Below are positions 47,601-60,827 of a DNA stretch of 64,000 nucleotides, piece by piece. A program made the position numbers and the translations under genes. The stretch is from Antedon mediterranea (taxonomy: Eukaryota; Animalia; Echinodermata), in NCBI RefSeq assembly GCF_964355755.1, contig NC_092674.1:23994001-24058000 (forward strand), read 5' to 3'. The notes under the pieces are model-generated. The model saw only the letters and a list, made by a program, of their open reading frames with translations, did not search any database and was not told the origin of the DNA. Position 1 is the first letter of the stretch; every line of letters starts with the position of its first letter.

Positions 47601-49981
47601 ATGGCTAAAAAGGGTGAGAAAAAAAGCCGCTCGGCTTTGAACGAGGTGGTAACGCGCGAGTACACCATCCATCTTCACAAGAGAATCCACGGCGTGTAAG
47701 TGCAGTTTAGGAATACTTTTTATATTATTGTGTGGTAGAAGGTATCTGATCACATAAAATAAAATTTGCTCAATATCAACATAATATGTTGATATTGGGA
47801 AACATAGAAACTGTTAACCTGACTATTTGACAACATTTATCAATACTAACAGAGTCTTTGTACTGCATGTATAATTTTTCCAGTATCAAATGCAATTTCT
47901 GTAATTACACAGTACATGGAAACATTTAATTTTAAAATGTTTGAGTCCGGAAACATAGTTTTGTATTTTATTTTTTGCTACACAATTTTAGAAATGTTTT
48001 TTTGTTTGATTTTTGCTACATGCTACACTGGCGAAATTATTCCCCATCACATAAGCCTAACAAAATACAGGCACCACATGGGATACACTATTACAAAATT
48101 TGCCAATTATACTTCGAACAGTATCCGTTAATGATGGATACAGGCCTTGTCTTTTAAAAATTATAGGTGTGCTACAAATTGCACTCCTCAATACATTCAG
48201 GGGTGCTATTTGTATTTTAATGTGTATTTAAGCGTTTCTTAAATCGCACTCCTCGAGGGTGGTTTAGGAGTGTGTCAGGTGAGTGATCGCACTAGTTCAC
48301 CTTAAAAGACAAGGCCTGGTGATATGTGGAGGAGATACAGTACAGCGATTCAGAATCTGGTGATAATACACTTTTAACTTTGACAACATTCATATTTATG
48401 ATAATTATGCATTAGTTCAGCAGCAATGAGTAACACTTATTTCATGTCCAAATTATTTAAAAATTACACTAATTGATTTATTTTTTTTGTATCCTTTATT
48501 ATAGCTCCTTCAAACGAAAGGCCCCTCGTGCCATTAAAGAGATTAAAACATTTGCCACCAAGATGATGGGGACAACCGATGTAAGGATAGACACAAGACT
48601 AAACAAACACATCTGGTCATGTGGTGTCAGGTTAGTTTGTTAATTCATATACAAATAGCATAATGAATGCTTATGAGTGCAATGGTAAAAATAATTAATT
48701 AATAAGAATAACCATTCGAGAAGGTAGCACTCCAATTTTGGACACAGAGTAGAATAATTATTTTCAAACATGATCAGTCAAAAGCCTAGTGTCACATGCG
48801 GATGATGCGGTTGTTCATTGTAATGAAAGAGTGCACTCGCTCGCATATAACAAAATTGCACTCGCATATAACAAAATTGCACTCGCATATAACAAAATTG
48901 CACTCGCGTATAACAAAATTGCACTCGCATATAACAAAACTGCACTCGCATATAACAAAACTGCACTCGCATATAACAAAACTGCACTCGCATATAACAA
49001 AATTGCATTTGCATATAACAAAATTGCATTTGAATATAACAAAATTGCATTTGAATATAACAAAATTGCATTTGAATATAACAAAATTGCATTCGCATAT
49101 AACAAAATTGCACTCTCATATTCACTACTCACAAATTAAAGGCTCTTGATAGGACAGATTATAAAGATTTTGTATGCAAATAATATTTACAAACAATAAT
49201 ATTTATTTACATAAATTTGTTCATCCATACAGGAGCGTTCCTTTCAGGGTACGTGTAAGACTTGCAAGAAAGCGAAACGAAGATGAAGATTCTGCCAACA
49301 AGTTGTACACGCTCGTCACGCATGTACCAGTCACCGGATTCAAAGGTACAATATCATCCTTGTTGTCTACACTGAAGTATAATCAGCCTAGATAGCACTT
49401 TCTTAGCATTGGGTACATTTCACTGTTCACAGCTGTCTAGCAGAGAACATATTAAAGATGTATTGTCCCCCAAAAACATGGAAAATGAAGATTAATAAAT
49501 ACTTTGAATTTTATTATTTTGTTAACCACTTCAGTAGAAAAAAAACAGGAAATAAAAAATGACTAAATAAATCGTTAAATACAACCAAAAACCCATTGAC
49601 TGGGAGCCAATTTGATCGTTTTTTCTTTGAATTACAGTTTTTGCAGATAAATAAATTTCTTTTCGATCCAATTTTTGGTCAAAATAAATAACTATTGTGA
49701 CATTAAAATAACATATTCAACCAAACATATTTTTTCCGGGGAAAATACACATTTTTGATTAGCCACTCCTGATTAAAATGAATTTTGAAATTAGGAATTT
49801 GCATTTTTTTGCTATGCCAATAAATATACTTTGGGTGTGCTACATTGACGAAAAATGTTTCTTTTCTAGACAAACTCTTTGCATTTCAAACTGTCCAATT
49901 AAAAAAGTATCTAATTCTGTTGGTTTTTTTCCTTTTTATCTTGCAGGACTCCAAACTGTCAATGTTGACAACGAAGACTAG
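47601..49981 (+). CDS. RPL31: 60S ribosomal protein L31 (eL31)
   Basis: Exons 47601-47695, 48505-48630, 49233-49345, 49947-49981; peptide [49 protein letters not shown]...[13 protein letters not shown]...[23 protein letters not shown]...[11 protein letters not shown]; AATAAA at 50016. Confidence 0.96.
48140..48318. mobile_element. Small MITE, RPL31 intron
   Basis: TIRs CAGGCCTTGTCTTTTAA / TTAAAAGACAAGGCCTG; no clear TSD. Confidence 0.6.
48832..49120. repeat. 21-bp tandem repeat (TGCACTCGCATATAACAAAAT), RPL31 intron
   Basis: About 13 units; explains the four repetitive ORFs here. Confidence 0.95.
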
Positions 49982-50106
49982 AGGTACTGGTTGATTATAT
50001 GACGCATTGTTATTAAATAAAAACATATGATGTACAGAAAATTGAAGGTCTCTTGTTTCATACTTTTTCAGCATATGTAGAAAATGTAGACCTTGTATAA
50101 ATAGTG

Positions 50107-50640
50107 GGGACTTTATGAAACACGACGGTTAGGGGAGGATGACAAATATCCTGTGTTCGTTAGAGCTTAAAATCATACACAGTCAACATAGCTGTTTTAT
50201 TATTTATGCACCTTTGCGCAAAGACGGCAGCCGGCAGTATATCTCTCAGATCCCTCTCGTGGCGCGGGACCCTTCTGAATCACTTGGCTCTGGTGATACA
50301 GCATAGGCCTTCCTAGCTAGGGCATTTAAACTCCGCTTTTAACACAGCCATTTTAACCAAATAAAATGTTATTTCATTAAACAGTTAAATTAAAAGTTCA
50401 AATATTATTTAGAGTTTGAGAATTCAATGTTTACGTGTAATTTGAACAGTATATTTAAGGTTATATATACACATTATTTCTAGCCGTTTTCCGTAAACGG
50501 GAAAATAGCAACTTTATCGTCATCAAAAATGTTAAGACGACGGAATTTCACACTAAGCTCCATCCACTTTGTTAAAGCTCACGCATAAATTATTTATGAG
50601 CACCGTCCTGTGGCTTCTCATCGTGTTTCGTAAAGTCCCT
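50107..50640. mobile_element. MITE with GGGACTTTA(T/C)GAAACACGA TIRs
   Basis: Inverted ends with AGT/AAT flanks. Confidence 0.65.
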
Positions 50641-53540
50641 AATGACACTTTAGCTTGGTGGTTAACATGGTTGCCTTCCAAGGTTTAATCCTGACCTAGT
50701 GCCAGGGTTGTGACTCACGACTCCCTAAGTCTCATTTGAGGCTTAGGGAGTAGCCAATAAGCTGTGTACAGTAAAATGTGCCTAATGCTAAGAACGAGTT
50801 GTCTTGGCTAAGGCTGATTATTATACTTGACGTAGCTGAGGTCAAAGGGTACCATCAGCGTAGCCAATAAAATAAGAACGATATTGTACCTTTGAATTTG
50901 GTGATTGGTACATGCGTGACGAGCGTGTATGTAAGCACAATCAATTATAAAATGGTTTATCCATTCTTAATTGGCTAGTTGCTCACAGTTGGATGCGTAT
51001 GACATATAAAAAAATGAAAAAAATCTCAGAACTAAAAGAATACAGTCGCATGCACGGTAATGCGTTTACACACAAAACCCTTCGCAGGAGTTCTCAATCT
51101 GTACCTGGAATAAAATACAATTACGTCAGAGTAGGGCAAACGAATCGGACCAATCACAAAGCTCCTAATTCATGCAAAGGTACTTCACAGTAGTTATAAA
51201 TTATTAGAACAAGTCTTTTCAGATAAGGACTTAAGCTCCATTGGCCATGTCCGATTTGTCTGTACTAAAAGAGCCCATTGCATCTTTCGGAAAGAGTAGG
51301 GGTTATGCCTTGTCTACACTATCAAATGTGCTATGTTTAAATATTTTTTCATTTCTTTATTCGAATTCATAAAATAACACAACATAAAAAATACAAATAA
51401 TGAATTCAGGGTAACACAAAAAAGTAACCAAAGGTCAAACTTATTTCCATTGTGGCCCTTACATGGTAATAATATGGTAGTAATATGACATTATCATGTC
51501 CATATATGGCACAACACATTTTTTGAAACGTAAAATTTGATAGTGTAGACAAGGTTTTACTTTAGTCATATTCTGGTACATTTCTGGCCCAGTCAGTTGA
51601 GTTAGTTCCTAGGTTCACCGAAGTTAGCATATTGTGCAGATAAAAGCACCTTTCTTTCAGAACCCCCAAAATGCTACTAATGAGATACTACTAATGTACT
51701 ACTTTCAATCCTTACTATGTTAGTTCAGTACCTTACACATGTGGCCTAGGTAGGACACAACATTACCAACTGACCAAACTGTAAGCAAATATTATTTTCT
51801 GCTTATTATCTGATGTTCGAAAATGAATGTTTAATACTGTACTATTATTTGGCGTTCCATCAACAATGTCAGAATATCAACCGTTTTAAATTGCACAAGT
51901 GTATTTGGTTTGGACGGAGGTGGAGGCATTTTAGGAGCGTTTACAGTTAGATTAGTTTAGGTTAGATATGTACTGTAGTTGTATATGGGGTGAAAACCCT
52001 TTGATACTCAACAGTACAGTATGTGAAATCGTGTATATGCATCCACAAATGCAATGTCATCATACGAATTGAATGATGTTTTGTATGTGGAGGAAATTAT
52101 ACCAAACTTGAGAGAAGGTAGCTGGTTTGTGTGGCGGTTCCCAGGCTCTCGTCCTCTAATAAAGTACATATAACTTGTGACACATTTAATTTACATTAAT
52201 GTCTATCATAATTGGTTTTTGCAATGTTTAACGGGGTCAGTTTTATCCGGATATCGAATTAGACATGTTTGTTGGTGGTTAGGTTCGTATTAATATACAG
52301 TACTATATCTAGAGCTGTTTAGGCTTAGGAAGATTGGTCTGAAATTGTGTTTAAAGTCGTATTGGGTCTGAAATTGTGTTTAAAGTCTAAAGTCGTATAC
52401 GATATTTGTGTATATATTACCGTAATAATTCATTTAAATCGTTATGTAGGAACTGGACACTTGCCTTTTATATCAGTTGATTCGATATAGAGTTGTCATT
52501 ATACCTCTAAATAAATTCTTATCATTTGATTGTAGGATGGGAGGTCACATCCTACAAAAATATTTTTATTATTAATTACGTCATAGAGGGTGCAATGTTA
52601 TATTCGAGTGCTGCAATTTCGTTTTGCGTGCCTTTCTGAATATTTGTTTAAGCTTTTTAAAAGCTTGACAATAGTCTACAACTAATTAGACAGAAAAGTG
52701 TGTGTACCCAAATATGGTAGTGATATGTCATCGTGTCCATATATGGGCAGATCACATTTTGTTGTCGCATGAAGTTTGATAGTTTAGACAGAGCTTACAC
52801 AGTGAGCAATCACACATAATTTCATTCGTCAATTATTTTTTCTCAAGACTAACTTTCGCAGTTGTTTTAATTAAGAGTTTCCTTCCTTCGTATTAACATA
52901 TGGATCACATTGACTCATGGATAACATTGACTCATGGATACATAAACCTTACATTTTGGTAAATTTTATTGGCTTAGATGACACTATTAATGGATTAGGT
53001 GGTACCGATGATTTATAATTCGGTCGTTTAGTTTGAACAACGAACAAGAAATGTCGGATCAGTTCCATACGGTGCTGCAACAACGCACGCGAGTTATTCG
53101 TCGTAGCTGTCTGTCAAAATCAACACATAGCTTAGTTCACACTAGGACGACGTAAGCGCAACGCAAGCGAGTTGACCAATGATATACGACAGGTCAAATC
53201 GCCTGTCCGTGCGTTACGCCCTAGTGGAACCAAGCGTAGGTTAGTGGCCAGTGACATAATCAGATTGTATGTGCACACGTATCGCTACTTTGATTGAACT
53301 AACCATATTGAAAAAATACAACACAAAAGTAAGATTAAAGTTCTTTATTTTCTGGATTATATACAAAAACAAATACAACGGTTTATCGATAATTTGCACG
53401 TTTTTACATTAATTTTTAAATCATTTAAACAGAATACATTGTTCCAGGGTTCTACAGAATAAATAGTAACAGTTATAAGCCTATGTGTCGCGGTTAAGTG
53501 TCGGATATGTTTTTTAAAAAGAAGGTAATTTAATTATTAA

Positions 53541-55124
53541 TTGGTTATCCGCTTAGTAGCGGATAACTCCTTGTAATCGTCCTGTTTCATCAAATTTTTT
53601 TCCTGTATTATACTTCTTTCTTTCTGTCATTTTTGTGCGTCATGTTTCTCTAAAACTTGTAAACAGAACATATCGTAACTTTGTCAACATATCGAAATTT
53701 ACGTGAACTTGTGCACCTCCTATTTTTGAATGACGTCAGAGTTGCGCAACGTGACTTACGCGCGATTTTATGAATTTCAATAATTGATCATAGACTAAAA
53801 ACCAAACATATTTTTGTTTTGACACTTTGTGAAAATTTAAGTCATATCAAGCGCAAACTTTGTATGGATTAAAAATAGCATGTTTCACAAGAAGTTACGC
53901 GCGCACGCGCGTTTAAAATTTTAGAAAGCGAAAAATCAACTTCTAATCAACTTTCTATCCGTTTCATGTCATTTTGAGCATGTCAAAAATTCCCACGCGC
54001 GCAAAAATTTTTACGCACGCGGTGCACACGTAGTGTTAAAAACATATTTTTTTCGCGTGATTTATGTTTTTTCAGCCTTTTCTAGTAATGTTACCAAATT
54101 TTAAACAATTTCGACTTAAAATTACGTCATACGAGCACGTCGAATTAGATAATTTGCACGCGTTTTTGGTAAAAAAGTTCAAAAATTCGTCAAAATTATG
54201 CCTATTTTTAAACATTCATAGATTCTAAACTACATGGGGAACTTTTTTTTTAATTACATATTCTGGAAGTTGATGAGTTGTAGATATCGGATCATACATT
54301 AATATGGCTAACCGGACATTGTGACGTCATCGTATGGCCACGCGAATATAAAATATAGGATTTTTGTCTCTTTCATCATAGCTCATCACATTTAATAGAG
54401 CGCATCTCCACTTATTCGTTGTCCATTTTCACCCCGATTTTAATATATTCTAGGTCAATCAACTATCTTTTGCATGAATTTAAAATGTTTTAATTTTTTT
54501 AACGTCATCGTGCCTAAAAATTTAAATTACTTTGGTCATTAATTTCATCTTTACAGTAAATTTTAATCTGTTATAGCTCGTAAGAATAAAATGTGATAAT
54601 CACGATTAAAACGTTTTCAGGAAGCTATTGTATTGTAGATACAAAATCATGTGAAAATTGTGCCAATCGAATGTTGTGACGTCATCATATGGCCAGTTAT
54701 ATAAAAAAAGTTGTATTTTCATCTTTTGCGTTATATTTCATTACATTTAAAAGAGCGCGCATCAATATTTCACGTATTCAAATTTCTTCTACACGTTAAT
54801 ATGTTGTTGCCGAGATAATTTCATTCTGAAATTTCTACTTTTGCATTTCATTTTGAAACCGTCAAGATGTTAAAAATTACAATAAAATACGGGTCCCGTA
54901 ATTTCACCTATTTTACACTGTTTGTGATATGTATACAGATTGTACTGTGTATACTATGTATATGACACAAAATAACAGAATTCAGAAATAACATATCATA
55001 TTCTTCAGTTCAGGTTATAATGCCTTAATATTTTTCTGTGTGCAATATTCTAACGTATGACGTGCACGTGGCGTTTGTCGAGCGGATAACTAACTCGTCA
55101 AAGTGACGAGTTTCATGTCTAGTT
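53541..55124 (+). mobile_element. Helentron-type non-autonomous element within the metallothionein 3' region
   Basis: Sub-TIRs GTTATCCGCT / AGCGGATAAC, 3' hairpin AACTCGTCAAAGTGACGAGTT, CTAGTT end. Confidence 0.7.
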
Positions 55125-55507
55125 CATGTTGAGTCTGGCTATTTGGTTCCGAGTATTACAAGATACGCGTCTTGTATGAAATGACGTCAAATGTGTTCCT
55201 GCTGGTGTACGTCGAGTTGAAAATCATTTGAAGATTTTATGACGTAATACGACTTGTCAATCTATATGAAAACAAAGCAAAGTATTATTGTGGTGTATAG
55301 TTTCAACATAATACGCAGGCCTTGGCATCAGGCCATCAAAGTGCGATCAATTACAGAGAAAAAACAACTAATTTCATAAAACACTAATATCCTGTTGTAA
55401 CTATCAAACTGAGCATATGGTAATGTATTTTGGCACTTATTTTGTTATTTACAATTAACTCCCATGAGGAAAAAAAGTGTAGGCCTAATGATTCGTAGCT
55501 TACCAGT

Positions 55508-57423
55508 CTAATTGCAACATGAGCATCCAGCAGGGCATTTACAGTCTGGCCCACACTTGCAGTCGGATCCTGTAGAAAAACATATAAATACGGTATTTAA
55601 ATAACGCTAGTACAGTAGTAAGACGGGTGAAGCTTAGGTTTCCACATAGGATGTATACGTGTAACGCAAGCAATTTGACCAATCACAAGGGAGAAGTCGA
55701 ATGTATCCGAATTATTGTGTGAACAACGCCTTAAAAATAGGCGTGGTTTATGTATGACGTAGGTACGACGACCATCGAGTTCGGTTAGTTTTGTGTTTTT
55801 AGGAAAGGATGCCACCCCGAGACATTCATAAACTGTTGGGTTTTAAAGGGACGATGTTGTAGGCCTATACCTATTTATAGACAACCTACCTGCGCAACAA
55901 TCTGCTGCACCTTTGCAGGTACATGATCCACCTTCTGAGCATTTACAGGATGGTCCACACTGACAGTTTCTGCATGAATCTGGACAGGTTTGACCAGCAC
56001 AGATACAGTTACCGGCTACACAGAGAAAAGAACAAAAAGGGGAGGTGTAATTCAAAGGAAGTTTTCCCAGGCATATCAGAGATCTTATTGTTAGCAGGGG
56101 ATGTGGTTAATGTATTGGATCAGAAGAGAGCGAATACCATTAAGATACGGTTTACCATTCGATCAATTATGTGGCATTTCTTTGAAAAACAGTCAATCGT
56201 ACCATGGATTCATGATCATACCGGCCTGTATGCGTGTTTCCCCCATAAATGGAAGGAGGCCTAAAAATTAAGCTTATATTATTATAAATAAAAATAGGGT
56301 ATACATTTGCATGCTTAGCCTACTCGTAAACTTGGAATACCACCTGTATGTGGCGCGCACCTGGAAAAATACAATACATCTTCCACCATACCACCTGCGG
56401 ATCCCCAACCTGCCAATGATTATTACTGTATATTGTCCCCAACCTGCCAATGATTATTACTGTATATTGTTATCAATGCTATGCTACCTCTCCCAGGATT
56501 AAGCCAAGTTGAGCCGCCGCCACAAAAACGTTATTTTCTATGGAACGCCAAATGCTAACTTTCGCCGGTGCTCGTTCTATTTATATTAGGGATAACGATG
56601 TACATTCAAAAGTTTATATATCATAGTTCTTAGTATATATATTATTAAATATTATAATTAAATAATTATGAAAATCTGGCTTGTAGATTGCAAAATGATA
56701 AAACATCACAGAAAGTGATCGTTTTTAGCCAAAAATGACGTAAACATGTTGCCCCTCAGTCGGCAGTTGTATGAACTCCATTTTTCGGTAAAATAATTAC
56801 ATAAACCCACGTTTTTTAGTCAAATATTTTGTGTATTAACATTGTAAAATTCAATAAAATATGATATTAAAAGATTAGTAAATAAAAAATAATATTTATT
56901 TAACCTCATTCGAAGAATGTTAATACTCTATTAATTAGTCCTGACTGAGAGACAACGTGACTTTACTTGGTAGGCCTACTACACGCGAGAAAAATTATGA
57001 GTGCACTGAATTTTTTCCTCGAAAGATTAAAACAATTAAATTATTAAATATTACTACTTTCCTTTGCTGTGTTGTTAATTGTAATATGTAATTATATATT
57101 ATTTATTTTCATGACACAATAAACCAAGACCATGAACTTGTGTACTAGGACACCATCCTAATCACTACGCGAAATGTCGTAAAAGACGCATGCACTGGGC
57201 GTTTCATAGAAATCACCGGCGGCTCAACTTGTCGGCGGCCCAACCGGTCATATCCCCCTCTCCCATCGCCATAGAATTGAACTGCCATAGTAGGCAAGTG
57301 AGTATTAGTAGTAGTAACTATATACAGTGTATAGTAATAATGATCACACTGCCGACTAAGGATTCTTAAACTAAAATGAATTATTATGTACTTACTTGTC
57401 TTGCATTCACATGGGTTCGGCAT
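55508..57423 (-). CDS. Metallothionein, 71 aa, 21 Cys
   Basis: Exons (-) 57423-57396, 56015-55890, 55569-55508 give MPNPCECKTTGNCICAGQTCPDSCRNCQCGPSCKCSEGGSCTCKGAADCCAGSDCKCGPDCKCPAGCSCCN; no aromatic residues; a further donor lies 4 nt after the stop, with an acceptor at 55262. Confidence 0.92.
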
Positions 57424-57529
57424 CTTGAATATTTTGTAGAAATGCACTTCTTCGTAATAATAACAGAATGTTCTTTAGCAGCTACCGTTTCTATCAATCA
57501 CTTATGTGGCATTATTGTTTTGTACGTTG

Positions 57530-57660
57530 TTTATATCCTAATTTTACTATGTAGCGCGTGTGAAAAAGATGACGTCATTCCATTCAACTGTCAAGTACTG
57601 TGTGTAAATACTACGGATCGTGCGCAAAATACTGCGGTTCGTGTGTAAGAATGGAGTGCA
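57530..57660 (-). promoter_or_regulatory. Metallothionein promoter: TATA box, CRE and two MRE cores
   Basis: TATAAA 57530-57535 (-), ATGACGTCAT 57569-57578, TGCGCAC 57620-57626 (-), TGCACTC 57654-57660 (-); another TGCACTC in intron 1 at 56999-57005. Confidence 0.75.
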
Positions 57661-60600
57661 AAAAGACAAGTGTTCTGTGTTGTTTGCAGCCGAATTTAAA
57701 TACTGTACAAGGTTAGGAAATGCAAACTAAAGAAATGTGCAAACTTTATTGATTTCCAGAACTTTCGCTTTACATTTTCCAAAAGTAAGTATTATGATAA
57801 GAAAAATCAGAAAATAAAAAGATCGTATTTCATCAAAAGCAAGAAATTCCGAGACTATACACGGCAAATGATTCCCCCTCCTACTATTCCCAAATTGCAA
57901 CTGAGTCGTCCTTGCAGTGTTTTTGTATTGGCGCGAATCATAGGACAGCGCTATTTCGAACCTTTTGACTGACACTACGGTAAATTAATATGCATTTCAA
58001 TCATTCATTTAGGAGGTTCATCATTTTCCCACTTCAGTCTCACCATTATCGGTCTCTCACAAAGATTCGCGTAGGCCTTCCATAATAATGTAGGCCTACT
58101 AAAATTAAAAAGAAAATTGGAAAAGAAACCAACAAACTTCAACAATTTGACATTAACAAGGGCTTGCCTAGCATTCGGACCGACCGAGACGGGTGTAGGC
58201 CTATAATCAAACAATTAAACCCATAACACTAACACCATACTCGGTTCAGCACAACCCCTCACATAGCCTACTGGTATGTAGACCAGTGACTTAGGTAGAC
58301 AATATGGGTCCGGCAAGCATTTTATATATAACGATTGATAATTTTTCTATACTTTCATCATCGTACAATATACCGTACAATATTCTATTGAGCCATCTAG
58401 ACATTTCGTTTTAATTTTTTTATATAAAAATAAAAATTATAGGCTAACTGTTTAAAAGGCCTGATTTCGTGGTTTTTTAAGGCCCGTCCTATTTCATTTC
58501 TGGTTCAAGTTTCGGTTTCATAACAATTTTATTTACAGACTGATGAGATAATAAAGTACATTGATGCAATAACATAATGAAGTAAGGTCAGAGTTTGAAG
58601 CAGGCAGTATATTGTGGTTTCCTTTTAATTCTTAAAAAAAATATCGCGTGCAAAATATTCGAATCAATTATTTTCTTTCGTCAAGCACTCTGGCTTGAAC
58701 TTGATGATCTTGCTTTTCACGTATATAAAAACATTAAAAAAATTAATACAAAATTAGGCCTACATAAAGTAATAGTAAAACATATCATACAAATGTACAG
58801 AACAATAATGTAAAAATTATGCTTATCTGACAACATTTGCATTAAAAAATTTCGTTTCGTCATCCGTTTTTCACGATAAAAACAAAATTTTATTACGAGT
58901 TTTTACAAAAAGCATGTCTATCTAAAATGTACGTATATTCTCACGGTAGAAACGGGTTGATTTATTTTTAAAAAACGGTATTTCTAGCCAGCAGAAACGG
59001 GTACATAAAAAGTACACTTGATATTATGATTCTTTATATATATAATTATAATTGATTTTAAATGGCGTATTTGTTATTGTTTAAACGAGATATAAAAAAA
59101 ACCCTGATACGGTTTTTAAAATCCCATTGTATGCTACGCCCATTTTACCTACCTAGAGAGGATACTGGTTATGTCAAATCTTTAATGGCAGTTATTCATC
59201 CAAATACTTGTACTGTATTTATATTCAATTTTATAAACTAGTTTAATATTATGTCATTGTGTATTATTATGTTATAGTTTAAAAAAACATTGAAATTGAA
59301 ATAATGATGTTGTAAACAAAATTCTAACATAATACAATTGAAACAGAATTTTGTTCAATATAATATTGATTAACCGACGAGAGGGGAAGCCATTTTGGAC
59401 AAATGCTATGGAAACATTAAGGAAAAATACAACGCTAAGGTATGTGCTCCGCTTGGAGCCTCCGATCACAACACCCTTTTGTTTGTTAACTATAGTTACA
59501 GCAGGGAGTTGTTAACAACTCCCTGGTTACAGACAACAATTGAAACAAAAGAAACCAATTAGCATATAGTTATCTGTAAGTGGTCTAACAATGCTGTTGA
59601 CAACTGCCTGAATGCCTGGATAGCCTAGATCTACATTTATATATTTTTCAAGTGCATTTAATTCAATTCAGCCCAACATTTTAATCAATAAGCTTTTAAC
59701 TATGAATGTTTTTACTGTTTCATGTATGTAACTGTTTTTATGAGTTCTGTTTTAAAATTATTTTAATGTGTGTTATGCCACAGGAAAGCAAATTTCCAAC
59801 ATTTATTTGACGAATATATCTCATTCGATTCCAGTCTCATCGTCAAATACAGGTTTAAACAAGAATATTTCTTACAAAAAACGCTGCTCGCTTATTGTTA
59901 TTGCTAAGGTCAAGTCTGGGGGTCACTTCATCACGCCTAGATACTTCAAGTATCCTATTACAAACAAAAACTTCAATGGACTGTTTTGATAATAATTCAA
60001 TGATTATCTGACAGCGAATTATATCATGGGACTCATAAATACCAGAATGCTTTGGGATTTGTCGTTAGACTCTTTTCTCAGCCGTTTTTGGATTCAACAG
60101 GTGGTACCAATAAATTATAGTGGAGTTTCCATTTTAACAAAAATGTCAAAGTGTAGTACTATAAAGCTGCTTGATTTCATCTAATGAATGAGTCATCTCG
60201 TGTGACGTAGCGGGCTAGAGCAGCAGCGTGAAAAACGAGACATTTAGTCGCAAACGCTATCTTTAAAAAAATTATTATTAACGATTCAGAGAAAAGCGTT
60301 CGTCTGTAACTTTCAGTCCTGGCTAGACACGTACCCTTTTGGCAACAAGTCTGCTGTTTATGACTGCTTTACAATAACAGTACTAGCCTCTCTACTCGAA
60401 CACAAATAAGATTACAAATAAGATAGTTTAACAAGAAAATTTTAATCATGTATTTTACCGCCATTTTTCATTTTGACATTTTAATTAACATCGTATCTAA
60501 AATTTTAATGAAAACAAATATGGTTAATACTGAATTCAAGCATCTTTGTAAATATACCTGTATTTTAACTACTTTAAACACTTACGTTTAATTGTCACAA

Positions 60601-60827
60601 ATGTACTTATATGTATATAATATATTCACCAATGAGAATTTAAATAAACGTGAGATGAACTCACACACTGAGACAGTACTAGACCTGAGTGTTTTGAAAA
60701 ATAAAAACTCGACGCAGCTAGTCGTAGTATAGGCCTACTGTGTTGTAGGCCTACATTTAACATTTTGGTGTCTATATCGCGCTAAAATTGAGGTTTTATT
60801 ATTGGAAATGCTATTAGAAGTCTATAT

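Noticed and set aside
48778-49149. Four overlapping repetitive ORFs, including a His-rich one
   Set aside because: By-products of a 21-bp intronic repeat lacking stops; no splice or promoter support
47696-49946. Intronic snoRNAs in RPL31
   Set aside because: No convincing paired C/D or H/ACA boxes with terminal stem found by eye; needs snoscan or Infernal
59502-59525. 24-bp perfect palindrome CAGGGAGTTGTTAACAACTCCCTG
   Set aside because: Isolated, probably a collapsed TE remnant; no supporting context
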